Assembly: GCA_963765495.1 (NCBI GenBank) | Contig: CAVXWP010000007.1 | Location: 384,001 to 448,000, forward strand | DNA length: 64,000 nucleotides | DNA from: Blastocatellia bacterium | GTDB lineage: Bacteria; Acidobacteriota; Blastocatellia; UBA7656 | Direction of reading: 5' to 3' | Part shown: positions 9,820-19,156 of the stretch, piece after piece | Layout of the letters: every line of letters begins with the position of its first letter | Position numbering within the stretch: position 1 is the stretch's first letter | Program-made: the position numbers and the translations under genes | Notes under the pieces: model-generated | What the model was told of the DNA's origin: nothing | Databases searched by the model: none | The model's input: the letters and a program-made list of their open reading frames with translations, nothing else

Positions 9820-10437
9820 ATGAAAAGAAGTTGGATTTACATCATAACGATCACGGTCTTATTAGCCTTAGCAGTCCCTGATGCGTTCTCTTTGCAAAGA
9901 TCGCGTTCGAGTCGAAAGTCAAGCACGAGCGCCAAAAAGAAATCAAGCGCCCGCAAAAGCACAAGTAAGAGTAAAACCAGTAAGAGTAAAAGCCGCAGCA
10001 AGAGTAAGCGAAGCACCTCGGCCAGGCGATCAAGCAGTCGTCGCGGCAGCAAGATTTCCCGCCGCAAGGGAAGAGGACGCACTACAGCGCGCTCGCGCCG
10101 AAGCCGTAGCACGAGGACTGCCAGGGCTTCTTCTCCTGCTCCGACCGTCAGCAGGGTTCCAACCGAGCGTGTGATCGAAATTCAGAACGCGCTCTCGAAG
10201 GCCGGTTATTTTGAAGGCCCGGCTTCGGGCGAATATGATGATACAACCGTAGGCGCGATGAAGCGATTCCAGGCGGCCAATGGGATTCAGGTAACCGGTC
10301 GGCCTTCGGCTCACGCGCTCAAACTGCTCGGAGTCTCGAAACGCAACACCAGCAATTATGCGGTCCCGATAAAGAAAACACCTGTCAACGAAAAGAAGAA
10401 GGAAGATGCGCAGCAGGGAAGACAGTCTCCAAACTGA
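9820..10437 (+). CDS. Secreted protein with basic S/K/R-rich region and PG_binding_1 domain
   Basis: Signal peptide; IQNALSKAGYF...G.YD..T..AMKRFQ..NGI.VTG peptidoglycan-binding pattern. Confidence 0.85.
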   Translation: MKRSWIYIITITVLLALAVPDAFSLQRSRSSRKSSTSAKKKSSARKSTSKSKTSKSKSRSKSKRSTSARRSSSRRGSKISRRKGRGRTTARSRRSRSTRTARASSPAPTVSRVPTERVIEIQNALSKAGYFEGPASGEYDDTTVGAMKRFQAANGIQVTGRPSAHALKLLGVSKRNTSNYAVPIKKTPVNEKKKEDAQQGRQSPN

Positions 10438-10622
10438 AACCTTTACGGTGACACTATCGCAACAGGCGCGTGTGCGTTATAATAGGATTTCAAACAAGAG
10501 CTGACAGTTAAACAGCCGGAAGAGTTTTTAGAGTATTTGCGAAAGTGTTTTGGCTCCCCCCTCAGGGAGATTATCCCTCACAATATTTGCTTTGTTCATT
10601 AAAAATGTACAGGGATTGAAGT

Positions 10623-10823
10623 ATGCCGGAAGAATATTTCAAAGAACGTCTGCGCGCCCAGGAAGACGAGATTGAATCTTTGCGCGCAATTTTTGAGACG
10701 GCTCGCCAGCGCGGCAACAAGAAACTGATGGGCACATCGCGTAAGCGGCTGGAGATGGCCCTGCGTATGCGCGAAACTTATCAGCGAATGCTCAACCGCG
10801 AAGGCACCCAGGCCGAAGCCTGA
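10623..10823 (+). CDS. Small hypothetical coiled-coil protein (66 aa)
   Basis: ATG with upstream AGGGA, charged helical composition, fills the intergenic gap, followed by a hairpin. Confidence 0.7.
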   Translation: MPEEYFKERLRAQEDEIESLRAIFETARQRGNKKLMGTSRKRLEMALRMRETYQRMLNREGTQAEA

Positions 10824-10832
10824 TTCTAAACC

Positions 10833-10878
10833 CTGAGCGGTGCGCGACTACAGTAATCACAATCGCGCACTCGCTCAG
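10833..10878. terminator. Hairpin between convergent genes
   Basis: ctgagcggtgcgcga ... tcgcgcactcgctcag. Confidence 0.55.
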
Positions 10879-10886
10879 AACAAGGC

Positions 10887-13295
10887 TTAATTCTTGCCTC
10901 CTATCCGCACGCGCAAACCCGCGCTGAAATTCAAGCGGTAGGCCGGGAATCCGAGTATCTCCTGATAATCGTCGTTGAGCAGATTCTCTACACGCGCAAA
11001 CACGGCAACAGACCGCGTCAAATTGTAAGCGCCTGCCCCGTTTAGCTTCGCGTACCCGTCGTTGAAAATAGGCCGTCCCGAAAGATCGAATCTCGCGCCC
11101 GATATTGGATCAACATCCCTGCGATTGCCCACCAGTGAACCGTCAAATGTGATGTCAAACCGCTGATCGGTCCAACTGATTTCAAACGTCCCCGAGTGGC
11201 GCGGTCTGCGCGTAAGCGGGAGCCCCTGTTCAGGGCTGAGCGCGTCGGCCGCGCGTTCCAGCCGCGTCCTCAGATAGGTATAGCTTCCCTGCACGCGCAA
11301 TCGAAGCAGCGGACGCGCAGCCGCGATCAATTCGATTCCGCGAGCCGATGCCCTCTCGATGTTGATGAAGTTTGTTAGCCTGCCGTCGGCAAGTCTTACC
11401 GGGCCAAACGTAACAGGGTCAAAGACGAAGTCAATCACATCGCGAAAGCGATTGTCGAAATAGGTCAATTCCACGCTCGCCCGCCGCCCGAAAAATTCCT
11501 GTGAAGCGCCCAGGTCAAAGCTTGTGGTGCGCTCTGGATCGAGGCCGGGGTTTCCAAGGAAGAAGATACTGGGGCTGAAGGCTTCATCAAGCCTGGGCTC
11601 TTTTATGCCGGTCCCGAAACTTGCCTTGAACCTGGTAGCGCCAAATACCTCATCTTCACCGGGCGCGCGCGCGAGCACCGAAACGGCTACATTAGGATTG
11701 GCCGTAACGCCGAACCCTACTTCACCGACAGGCGCGCTCGAATCAATCGAAGCGAGCGCCGCGCGAAAGTCTTCCGGCACGCTGCCCGTATTGCGCTCTA
11801 CGCGTATGCCCGCCGTTACAAACAGGCGACTGTGCCACGCGGCCTGATCCTGCACGTAAAAGCCGAGGTTGTTTCTGTCGGGCGTTACGCGGCTGAAATC
11901 ATCCGTAAAGACGGCCGATTCGTGTTCGAAATCTATTCCCCCGGTCAAAACGTTTGAGCCCCCGAGCGCCGCGATTGTCTGGTAATGAATCCCTGCGCGT
12001 TTCTCGTGATCGTGGAAGGTGAAAGCGAAATCAGGTCCAAAGAAACTAGATGAAGGCGGCGTGTTGGGAAGCGTCAAATCCTGCGCCACGGGGTCGAAGC
12101 TGAAGCCTTCGAACTCCGAGTAGATAAACCGCGCCGTATTATGCCACCGCGAGGTGGTCTTCAAATCCAAAGTGGCCGATGTAGCAATGTCGCGGTGCTT
12201 TTGTCTCTGGTCGGGGTCGGCAAACAGTATCGCGGTAGGCCCGGAGACGCCCAGCGTGTTGTTGTTCAAACGGGTTGTGACGCGAAGCTCTGCATCGGGC
12301 GAGAGCCGAAACCCGAGATTGACTGATGCCGAGCGGTTTGTGTAGTCGCTGTTTTGAAAACGCCCGTCGGTATGTTGAAACCCGAAACTTGCCGAATAAT
12401 CGAACCACCCGGCGAGCCCCGAAAGCCGCGCCGTCTCGCGGTGAAAGGCAAAGCTGCCGCCTTCGCCTGACATCTCGAGTTCGGGCACCCTGGTCGAGCC
12501 GCGAGCGGTAAAAAGTTGGATTACGCTTGTCATCGCGTCCGAGCCAAACAGTGCGCTTCGCGGCCCGCGCACTACTTCAAGGCTCTCGACATTTTCAGGA
12601 GTAAGCGAGGCAAAATCGAAGGCTCCTCCGGCGGAATTTACCGGCACTCCGTCAATCAGAACCTTGTTGTAATCCGATTCGCCGCCTCGCGCAAAGATCG
12701 AAGTGATGTCGCCTCGCCCCCCAGATTGCGCGACTATAAGGCCGGGAACCATCCTCAACGACTCCGATACGAGCGTTTGATTGGCGAGTCTCAAATCCTC
12801 GCCTCCGATAACCGTGACCGCGCCTCCAAGCTCATCCGTAAGCGCGGCAGTCCTCGTAGCCGAAACGACTATCTTATCCGAGATAGCTGCTACATCGAGC
12901 CGCACCTCCACGTTTTGAGTTTGCCCCGCGCCGACAGAGACGGTGATTTTTTCAGGCTGAGAAAACCCGGCAACTTCGGCCAGCAGACCGTAATCGCCTG
13001 CGGCTACATTTGAAAAGGCAAACCGGCCTTCATCGTTTGCGCGAGTCTGATATGCAATCTGTCCGGTTCGATCCCGCAAAACGACGCGAGCGTCCGCGAT
13101 CTTCGATCCCGAAGGATCAACGACGTTTCCCTCGACACGCCCGCTTTCAGATGCGATGGCCAGAGAGAAGCCGGGTGTAGCAAGCAGTAAAATAACGATC
13201 AGCGCCCCGGACGTGATCGATAGGCAGGAGCGTAAGAAAGGGTGCAGGCATCTGGCAATAATATTCGATGAGATATTCGGTAAGATTTTCGACAT
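10887..13295 (-). CDS. btuB: TonB-dependent receptor, BtuB-like, with N-terminal carboxypeptidase-regulatory-like domain
   Basis: Plug motifs IFARGG, VLIDGVP, EVVRGPRSALFGSDA; NPGLDPE; C-terminal VENLLN; cobalamin riboswitch upstream. Confidence 0.88.
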   Translation of the reverse strand: MSKILPNISSNIIARCLHPFLRSCLSITSGALIVILLLATPGFSLAIASESGRVEGNVVDPSGSKIADARVVLRDRTGQIAYQTRANDEGRFAFSNVAAGDYGLLAEVAGFSQPEKITVSVGAGQTQNVEVRLDVAAISDKIVVSATRTAALTDELGGAVTVIGGEDLRLANQTLVSESLRMVPGLIVAQSGGRGDITSIFARGGESDYNKVLIDGVPVNSAGGAFDFASLTPENVESLEVVRGPRSALFGSDAMTSVIQLFTARGSTRVPELEMSGEGGSFAFHRETARLSGLAGWFDYSASFGFQHTDGRFQNSDYTNRSASVNLGFRLSPDAELRVTTRLNNNTLGVSGPTAILFADPDQRQKHRDIATSATLDLKTTSRWHNTARFIYSEFEGFSFDPVAQDLTLPNTPPSSSFFGPDFAFTFHDHEKRAGIHYQTIAALGGSNVLTGGIDFEHESAVFTDDFSRVTPDRNNLGFYVQDQAAWHSRLFVTAGIRVERNTGSVPEDFRAALASIDSSAPVGEVGFGVTANPNVAVSVLARAPGEDEVFGATRFKASFGTGIKEPRLDEAFSPSIFFLGNPGLDPERTTSFDLGASQEFFGRRASVELTYFDNRFRDVIDFVFDPVTFGPVRLADGRLTNFINIERASARGIELIAAARPLLRLRVQGSYTYLRTRLERAADALSPEQGLPLTRRPRHSGTFEISWTDQRFDITFDGSLVGNRRDVDPISGARFDLSGRPIFNDGYAKLNGAGAYNLTRSVAVFARVENLLNDDYQEILGFPAYRLNFSAGLRVRIGGKN

Positions 13296-13339
13296 GGAAA
13301 TTCTCCTTTTCCGCGAAAGAGGTTTTTCCTCGGATTGCT

Positions 13340-13532
13340 CTGCGGGTCTCCTGACTTAGCGCCTCGTCCCTTGAAATCTCAAATCTCAAATCTGAAATCT
13401 CAAAGAGGCTCCTACGCCGACGCCTTCCCACCACGAACGGGCAGTGGCATTGATGTCGGTTTCGTTGCGCATCACAGTTGCGCGACAGTGGCGGACTCTC
13501 ACCGCCTTCTCCGCTTCGGGCAACCCAGATTG
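13340..13532 (-). ncRNA. Cobalamin riboswitch (upstream of btuB)
   Basis: Minus strand: GGTGAGAGTCCG...GCAACTGTGA...GCCACTG...GGGAAGG...AAGTCAGGAGACCCGC. Confidence 0.88.
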
Positions 13533-13562
13533 GCAAATAGCAAAGACCTCAATTACCGGCGA

Positions 13563-14405
13563 TCATCTTTCGCGTAGGAGTTGACTGCCGATTGTCGAGG
13601 GCTGGTCATTCACTTTCAGGTCGTTCACTTTTAGATCGTTCACTTTCAGGGTGATGCGAGGGGCACCGCTTGCCGGATTCACATCAACCAACAAATCCGT
13701 ATCAAAGAGCGTGCGCAGACGCGTTTCGCTCAAGACTTCTCGCGGCTCTCCGCATGCGAGCATCTCGCCCGCTTTCAACATCAGTATGCGAGTCGCAAAC
13801 TCGGCCGCCAGATTCAATTCGTGCGTCACGACGAGGGCCGACATCTCGCCCGCTGCGGTCAGGTCTTTCACAAGCTTGAGCATCTTCACCTGATGCGATA
13901 TGTCGAGGTTGGCTACCGGCTCGTCAAGCACAAGCAGGCGCGGGCGCGAGGCAATGGCTCGGGCAAGCATCACACGCTGTCGCTCTCCGCCCGATAGCTC
14001 GCTCACAAGACGAGTGGCAAACCCGTCGGTTTCGGTCAACTCCATAGCCCTTATCGCCTCGCGCACATCGGCCTCGCTTTCAAAGCCGATCAACCGCCCC
14101 TGCGCGAACCGGCCCTGCAATACAAACTCAAGCGCCGTGAGCGGAAACCTCACCGTAGACTCCTGCGCGACATAGCCGATGAGTCGCGCCACTTCGCGTC
14201 GAGCGAGAGCCTTCAGATTTCGCCCGTTGATTGAGACGCTGCCCGCGTCGGGCGATAAAATCCTTAGAATTATCTTGAGCAGCGTGCTCTTGCCCGAACC
14301 GTTCGGACCAAGCACCGCGAGCAATTCGCCCTCGCCCATTTCAAATGAAACACTATCGAGCACCCTCTGCCCGTAGCTAAAACTTATCTCTCTTACTTCG
14401 ATCAT
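13563..14405 (-). CDS. btuD: Cobalamin/Fe-siderophore ABC transporter ATPase
   Basis: GPNGSGKS, LSGGERQR, LDEP, VTHE; alternative TTG start at 14471 overlaps the btuC stop. Confidence 0.9.
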   Translation of the reverse strand: MIEVREISFSYGQRVLDSVSFEMGEGELLAVLGPNGSGKSTLLKIILRILSPDAGSVSINGRNLKALARREVARLIGYVAQESTVRFPLTALEFVLQGRFAQGRLIGFESEADVREAIRAMELTETDGFATRLVSELSGGERQRVMLARAIASRPRLLVLDEPVANLDISHQVKMLKLVKDLTAAGEMSALVVTHELNLAAEFATRILMLKAGEMLACGEPREVLSETRLRTLFDTDLLVDVNPASGAPRITLKVNDLKVNDLKVNDQPSTIGSQLLRER

Positions 14406-14467
14406 AATCAGGTTACAGGTGACGGGTAACACGTTTGCGCGAAGTCTCGCCGCGTCACCGCGTCGTT

Positions 14468-15520
14468 TCAACTGGTTCGTCTGAGCAAATAGACAAACAC
14501 AGGCGCGCCGATCAGCGCGGTTATAACGCCTATGTGAAGCTCGCGCGGCGCAATCACGGTGCGGGCCACCGTGTCGGCGAGCAGTAAAAATATCGCGCCC
14601 ACAAGTGCTGATGCCGGGACTACGAGCCGGTTGTCGCTCCCGCCCGCAAGCCTTATCGCATGCGGAATTATCAATCCCACAAAGCCGATCACCCCGCTCA
14701 CGGCGACGGCTGCGCCTGTGATGAGCGAGGCTGCCGCGTAAACGGCGATCTGCACTCGCCCTACTTCAACGCCCAGCGCGAGAGCCTCCTGCTCACCGGC
14801 CATCAGGAGGTTGAGACTGCGCGCATTCATATAAATGATCGCGATGCCTATGGCGACAAATATCGAGATGAGCGGCAACAGCCTCGCCTCTCCGCTCAAA
14901 TCGCCGATCAACCACGAAAAGACGCTTCGCAGTCTCGAATCCGAGGCCGCCGTAAGTAAGAAGATTACTACCGAAGAGAGAAAGGCGTTGATGATGATGC
15001 CTGCCAGTATCAGCCGTTCCGATGAACTGCCCTGCCGACTCTGCCCCAATAAGTAGACGGCCGCGATGGTTGCGACCGCGCCTATGAAAGCCGCAAGCGG
15101 TCGTCCCACGGGTATCTGTTCGGCAAAAACCGTGGCGGCAATCGCGCCCAGAGCCGCGCCCGTCGAGACTCCGAGAATATAAGGATCGGCCAGAGGGTTT
15201 CTGAGTAATGCCTGATATGCCGCGCCCGCAACGGCAAGGGCCGCGCCCACGACCATTGCCATCAGGACGCGAGGGAAGCGAATATTTGCGATGATCGTCT
15301 GCTGTTCGGGCTTCACATCGGCGGCGTGCCCGGTGATTTCCGATGCCAGTATCTTCAATATCGAGGATAAACTGACGTGCTCGCTGCCTACGGCCAGGGC
15401 GAGAGTCGAAAGAAGCACAAGCAACACGAGCAACACGATGAGCGTGACGACGAGCCTTCGGGGAGTGAGGCGCTCACGCAACCGAACCTGTGTCTTTTCT
15501 ATTGCTGTTACACTCATCAT
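14468..15520 (-). CDS. btuC: FecCD/BtuC-family ABC permease
   Basis: RFPRV, RNPLADPYILGVSTGA, GVIGFVGLIIPH, ITALIGAP. Confidence 0.92.
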   Translation of the reverse strand: MMSVTAIEKTQVRLRERLTPRRLVVTLIVLLVLLVLLSTLALAVGSEHVSLSSILKILASEITGHAADVKPEQQTIIANIRFPRVLMAMVVGAALAVAGAAYQALLRNPLADPYILGVSTGAALGAIAATVFAEQIPVGRPLAAFIGAVATIAAVYLLGQSRQGSSSERLILAGIIINAFLSSVVIFLLTAASDSRLRSVFSWLIGDLSGEARLLPLISIFVAIGIAIIYMNARSLNLLMAGEQEALALGVEVGRVQIAVYAAASLITGAAVAVSGVIGFVGLIIPHAIRLAGGSDNRLVVPASALVGAIFLLLADTVARTVIAPRELHIGVITALIGAPVFVYLLRRTS

Positions 15521-15548
15521 TGTATTGCTTTGTCCTTTGTACAACAGA

Positions 15549-16451
15549 CTAAGGGCAAATCCTTTTAGCCATCTCATCAAGCCCTTCGATTATTCTTGGC
15601 CCGGGGCGGAGCAGCAAATTATCGTCAAGATGAAAGACTCTGCCCGATTGCGCTGCGGGCGTTTGTTTGAGCCGGTCGGGCAATTCGCCTTCTCCCGCCT
15701 GTAGGAAGATCACTTCGGGCTGGCGGGCAACGGCGGTTTCAAGACTGTATTGCGGATATTCGCTAGTTTCATCTTCGGAGATTGATTGCCCGCCTGCCCT
15801 GCTGACCAGATCGTTTATGAATGTGTGGCCGCCCACGGTTATGAGCGGTTGGGTCCCAAGTATAAATAAGACTCTGGGCGGTTTGCAGGTTGCCACCCGA
15901 TTGTGAATCTCTTCGAGGCGCGCGCGCATCTTTCCCACCAGTTCATTTGCGCTCTCGCTTGCGCCTGTAAGCTCGCCGATGCCAGCAATTGTTGAGAGAA
16001 CACCTTCGACATCTCGCGGATTGCTGACATATATAGGGATCGCCATCTCGTCCAGTTTTCGCACGAATTGCTCAAGCTGGCTCGCCGTAGAGGCGATGAC
16101 CAGATCGGGTTTGAGCGCGACGATCTTTTCCAGACCCGGGCGCATCGTGTCACCGACTATCTCTTTTTGTCTGGCTTCGGGCGGGTAGTCACAGAAGGAG
16201 GTCACTCCGACAACGCGGTCGCCGAGGCCGAGCGCAAAAAGCGTTTCTGTGATCGAAGGCGCAAGCGATACGATGCGTTGCGGATACGGCGTGACCTTGA
16301 CTTTTCGGCCAAGCTCATCGGTAAAGACGCGAGCGTCTGCGGGGGAAGCCTTCTGAGGCGCGCAGGAAGAGATAAGACTCAGTGATATTGCGATCAACAA
16401 GCGAGACAAAACGGGACCGCCCAACCTTGATGCGAGCCGGAATTTCGGCAA
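15549..16451 (-). CDS. btuF: Cobalamin-binding lipoprotein
   Basis: Lipobox LISSC, PQRIVSLAPSITETLFALG, RPGPRI; start placed at a TTG downstream of the riboswitch terminator. Confidence 0.88.
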   Translation of the reverse strand: MPKFRLASRLGGPVLSRLLIAISLSLISSCAPQKASPADARVFTDELGRKVKVTPYPQRIVSLAPSITETLFALGLGDRVVGVTSFCDYPPEARQKEIVGDTMRPGLEKIVALKPDLVIASTASQLEQFVRKLDEMAIPIYVSNPRDVEGVLSTIAGIGELTGASESANELVGKMRARLEEIHNRVATCKPPRVLFILGTQPLITVGGHTFINDLVSRAGGQSISEDETSEYPQYSLETAVARQPEVIFLQAGEGELPDRLKQTPAAQSGRVFHLDDNLLLRPGPRIIEGLDEMAKRICP

Positions 16452-16504
16452 CGCTTGCGGCGAGTGTTTACCACTGGAGATGGAGGGTTGAGTATCGCGC
16501 AAAT

Positions 16505-16554
16505 GAAAAAGCTCCTGCCGACCCTCTCCGCGCGGCGGGTCGAGCAGGAGCTTT
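16505..16554 (-). terminator. Intrinsic terminator, likely expression platform of the upstream riboswitch
   Basis: Minus strand: aaagctcctgctcgaccc...gggtcggcaggagctttttc. Confidence 0.75.
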
Positions 16555-16614
16555 GCTGTATACTCCCACGCGCCTTGCCCTCTCACGCGGAAGGCAGTCG
16601 GCTGTTGACGCGCT

Positions 16615-16835
16615 CTGGGCAGGTCTCCTGGCTTAGCTTCCGGCTGCGCTGCAAAAGCTTGCTGCAAAAACTTGCTACAACAACCTTGCGCACCCAATCG
16701 CCGGCGGCCTTCCCGATCTCGGACCAGTGACCCGTTTGCCGACGAACTATGGAAGCATCACAGTGGCGGGACCGCGCGGGAATCTCACCCGCTTCCCTAT
16801 TCTCCCCGAACTTGAAGCCCGGGGCACCCACAGCT
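16615..16835 (-). ncRNA. Cobalamin riboswitch (upstream of btuF)
   Basis: Minus strand: GGTGCC...AATAGGGAAGCGGGTGAGATTCCCGCGCGGTCCCGCCACTGTGA...GTCACTG...GGGAAGG...AAGCCAGGAGACCTGCC. Confidence 0.93.
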
Positions 16836-16941
16836 TGAATGCTTTTATACTAGCATCCCGAAACTCGAACCTAGCACGCCCGCCGGAGTTGAGTCAAATC
16901 GAAACCATAAGCTGTATTTGTTCAACAAGAGAGCGGAGGGG

Positions 16942-17006
16942 CCACAGAGACACAGAGCCACAGAGAAAAAAACAGAAAGAATTTTGTGTCTTTGTGCCTC
17001 TGTGGC
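16942..17006. repeat. Inverted short tandem repeat element (CACAGAG.)n
   Basis: gccacagagacacagagccacagag ... tttgtgtctttgtgcctctgtggc. Confidence 0.8.
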
Positions 17007-17146
17007 AATTCGCCTGCTTATCCACGAGCCCGGCCAAATTGACAACCGTTCGCCGAGGTTTTATCCTAGGCTCTTGATCGTTTCACACGGAACGCCGCAG
17101 AGACGCTTATTCTCTGCGGCTATATTTATTGGACATCAGTAAGAGT

Positions 17147-18355
17147 ATGATCAAACGTATAAACCTGATACTTGCCGTGCTCTGTATGGGCCATTTCGTC
17201 AACGACGCTTATTCGAGTGTCATCTATCCGCTCCTGCCTTTGCTCAAGACGAAACTCAACCTGACGACCTCGGAAGTATTCTGGCTCGCGCCGCTTTATG
17301 CCATCTCGTCCTCGCTCATGCAGCCGCTATACGGATTGCTGTCCGACCGATACGCGAGGCGTTTGTTTGCGGTCTTTGGTCCTGCGATTACTGCCACTTT
17401 CGTATCCCTGATCGGGCTGGCCCCGTCATACGGATTGCTCGTCGTATTGCTTGTAGCAAGCGGCATCGGCGTAGGCTCATTCCATCCGCAGGCGGCTGCC
17501 ATGGCTTCGGTCGCATCGGGCGAGCGGCGGCGCATTGGGCTGGCGATATTTTCAGCGACAGGCACAGTGGGCTTTGCATTCGGTCCGTTTGTTATCACAA
17601 GGGTCGTAGCCGCTTACGGGCTGGATAAGACCTATTACGTGATCGCGGTCGGATTATTGATGTCAATGGTGCTTTACCGCCTTTGCCCGCCGCTTGCGGC
17701 TCCGCGAAAACCCGAACCCGGCGCGGCCCGCATAAAATGGCAGGTGCTCACGGCGCTCAAAGCCGCCTGGAAACCGCTCTTGCTGCTTTACCTGATAACT
17801 GTCTTGAGGTCCGGGCTTCAAATGACCACGAACAACTATCTGCCCTTCCTGCTCAAAGAACGCGGATACGCGCTGACAGGCACGGGCAATGTCCTGACGA
17901 TCTTTCTGTTGTTGGGCGGGCTTGGCGGGCTTGTGGGAGGAATCCTTGCCGAGCGCATATCGGGTCGGGCTGTCACGCTGTATTCGGGTATGTTTGCCGG
18001 ACCGTTGATGATAGCCGCTTTCCTGACTACCGGACCCTTGAGCGTGATACTTCTGGGGCTCGGCGGATTTGTATTATTATCGACGCTTCCGGTCAACGTA
18101 GCGATGGCTCAAGAACTTGTGCCTGATCAGACAAGCACCGTGTCGGCCCTGATGATGGGAGCCGCCTGGGGCGTAGGGGCGCTCGCGCCTCCCGCGCTCG
18201 ATAATCTGGTTCCCGCGTATGGATTCAACAAGGTATTGATCTTTGCTTCCGCTGCCACGATGCTGAGCGCGGTATTCGCATACCTTCTGCCGCGCGAAGA
18301 GACTGGCCGCCGTCGCGTGATCGAAACCGAGCTTGCGAGTGTCGCGGGAGATTAG
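17147..18355 (+). CDS. MFS transporter, Fsr (fosmidomycin resistance)-like
   Basis: HFVND, QPLYGLLSDR, SFHPQ, AQELVP; about 12 TM helices. Confidence 0.88.
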   Translation: MIKRINLILAVLCMGHFVNDAYSSVIYPLLPLLKTKLNLTTSEVFWLAPLYAISSSLMQPLYGLLSDRYARRLFAVFGPAITATFVSLIGLAPSYGLLVVLLVASGIGVGSFHPQAAAMASVASGERRRIGLAIFSATGTVGFAFGPFVITRVVAAYGLDKTYYVIAVGLLMSMVLYRLCPPLAAPRKPEPGAARIKWQVLTALKAAWKPLLLLYLITVLRSGLQMTTNNYLPFLLKERGYALTGTGNVLTIFLLLGGLGGLVGGILAERISGRAVTLYSGMFAGPLMIAAFLTTGPLSVILLGLGGFVLLSTLPVNVAMAQELVPDQTSTVSALMMGAAWGVGALAPPALDNLVPAYGFNKVLIFASAATMLSAVFAYLLPREETGRRRVIETELASVAGD

Positions 18356-18360
18356 AATAG

Positions 18361-19122
18361 ATGATAAACCTCTCGGGCAAGACGGCGATCATAACCGGCG
18401 CTTCGCGCGGAATAGGAGCGGCGACGGCGATAAAGTTTGCCGAAGCCGGGGCAAAGGCGCTCGTACTAAACTACAACCGGGACCGCGAAAGCGCGCGTCT
18501 TGTTGCCGCGAAATGCGAGCAACTTGGCGCTCGCGCCCTTCCTGTGCGTGCGGATGTTGCGCGCCCCGCCTCGGTTGAAAAGATGGTTAAAGGTGCGGTC
18601 GAGCGTTTCGGCGCGCTCGATATTCTGGTTGCAAACGCGGGCATATGGAAAAGGGCCGCCATCGAAGAGATGACCGAACGCGAATGGGACGAGACCATTT
18701 CGATCAATTTAAAATCGATCTACGCCTGCTGTCGGGCTTCGGCTCGCGCGATGATTCCGCGCCGCCGGGGAACGATAATCCTGGTTTCATCCACGGCGGG
18801 GCAGCGCGGCGAGCCGTTTCATTCGCATTACGCGGCTACGAAAGGCGCGATCATTTCGATGACCAAATCGCTTGCCCCGGAGCTTGGTCCTCGCGGCATA
18901 ACCGTAAATTGCGTAGCGCCCGGATGGGTGGCGACCGATATGACCGTTGATGCGCTCAACGATTCAAAACAGCGGCGCAAGATCAAAGAACTGATCCCCC
19001 TGGGCCGCGTGGCTACGCCGGAAGAGATAGCCGGGCCGATACTTTTTCTCGCATCCGATCTGGCAAGCCACATCACAGGCGAAGTGCTCAACGTCAACGG
19101 CGGCTCGGTCCTGTGCGGATAG
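18361..19122 (+). CDS. SDR-family oxidoreductase (FabG-like)
   Basis: TGASRGIG, NAG, YAATK, NCVAPG, GEVLNVNGG. Confidence 0.93.
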   Translation: MINLSGKTAIITGASRGIGAATAIKFAEAGAKALVLNYNRDRESARLVAAKCEQLGARALPVRADVARPASVEKMVKGAVERFGALDILVANAGIWKRAAIEEMTEREWDETISINLKSIYACCRASARAMIPRRRGTIILVSSTAGQRGEPFHSHYAATKGAIISMTKSLAPELGPRGITVNCVAPGWVATDMTVDALNDSKQRRKIKELIPLGRVATPEEIAGPILFLASDLASHITGEVLNVNGGSVLCG

Positions 19123-19156
19123 ATGAATCGACTGATTCGTGATTCGATCAACTACT

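Noticed and set aside
10486-10602. Short protein-like open frame (QELTVKQPEEFLEYLRKCF...)
   Set aside because: No canonical start or RBS at its beginning; lies in the probable promoter/leader of the 66-aa gene
16452-16697. N-terminal extension of the btuF ORF
   Set aside because: Overlaps the riboswitch and its terminator; the lipoprotein signal starts downstream
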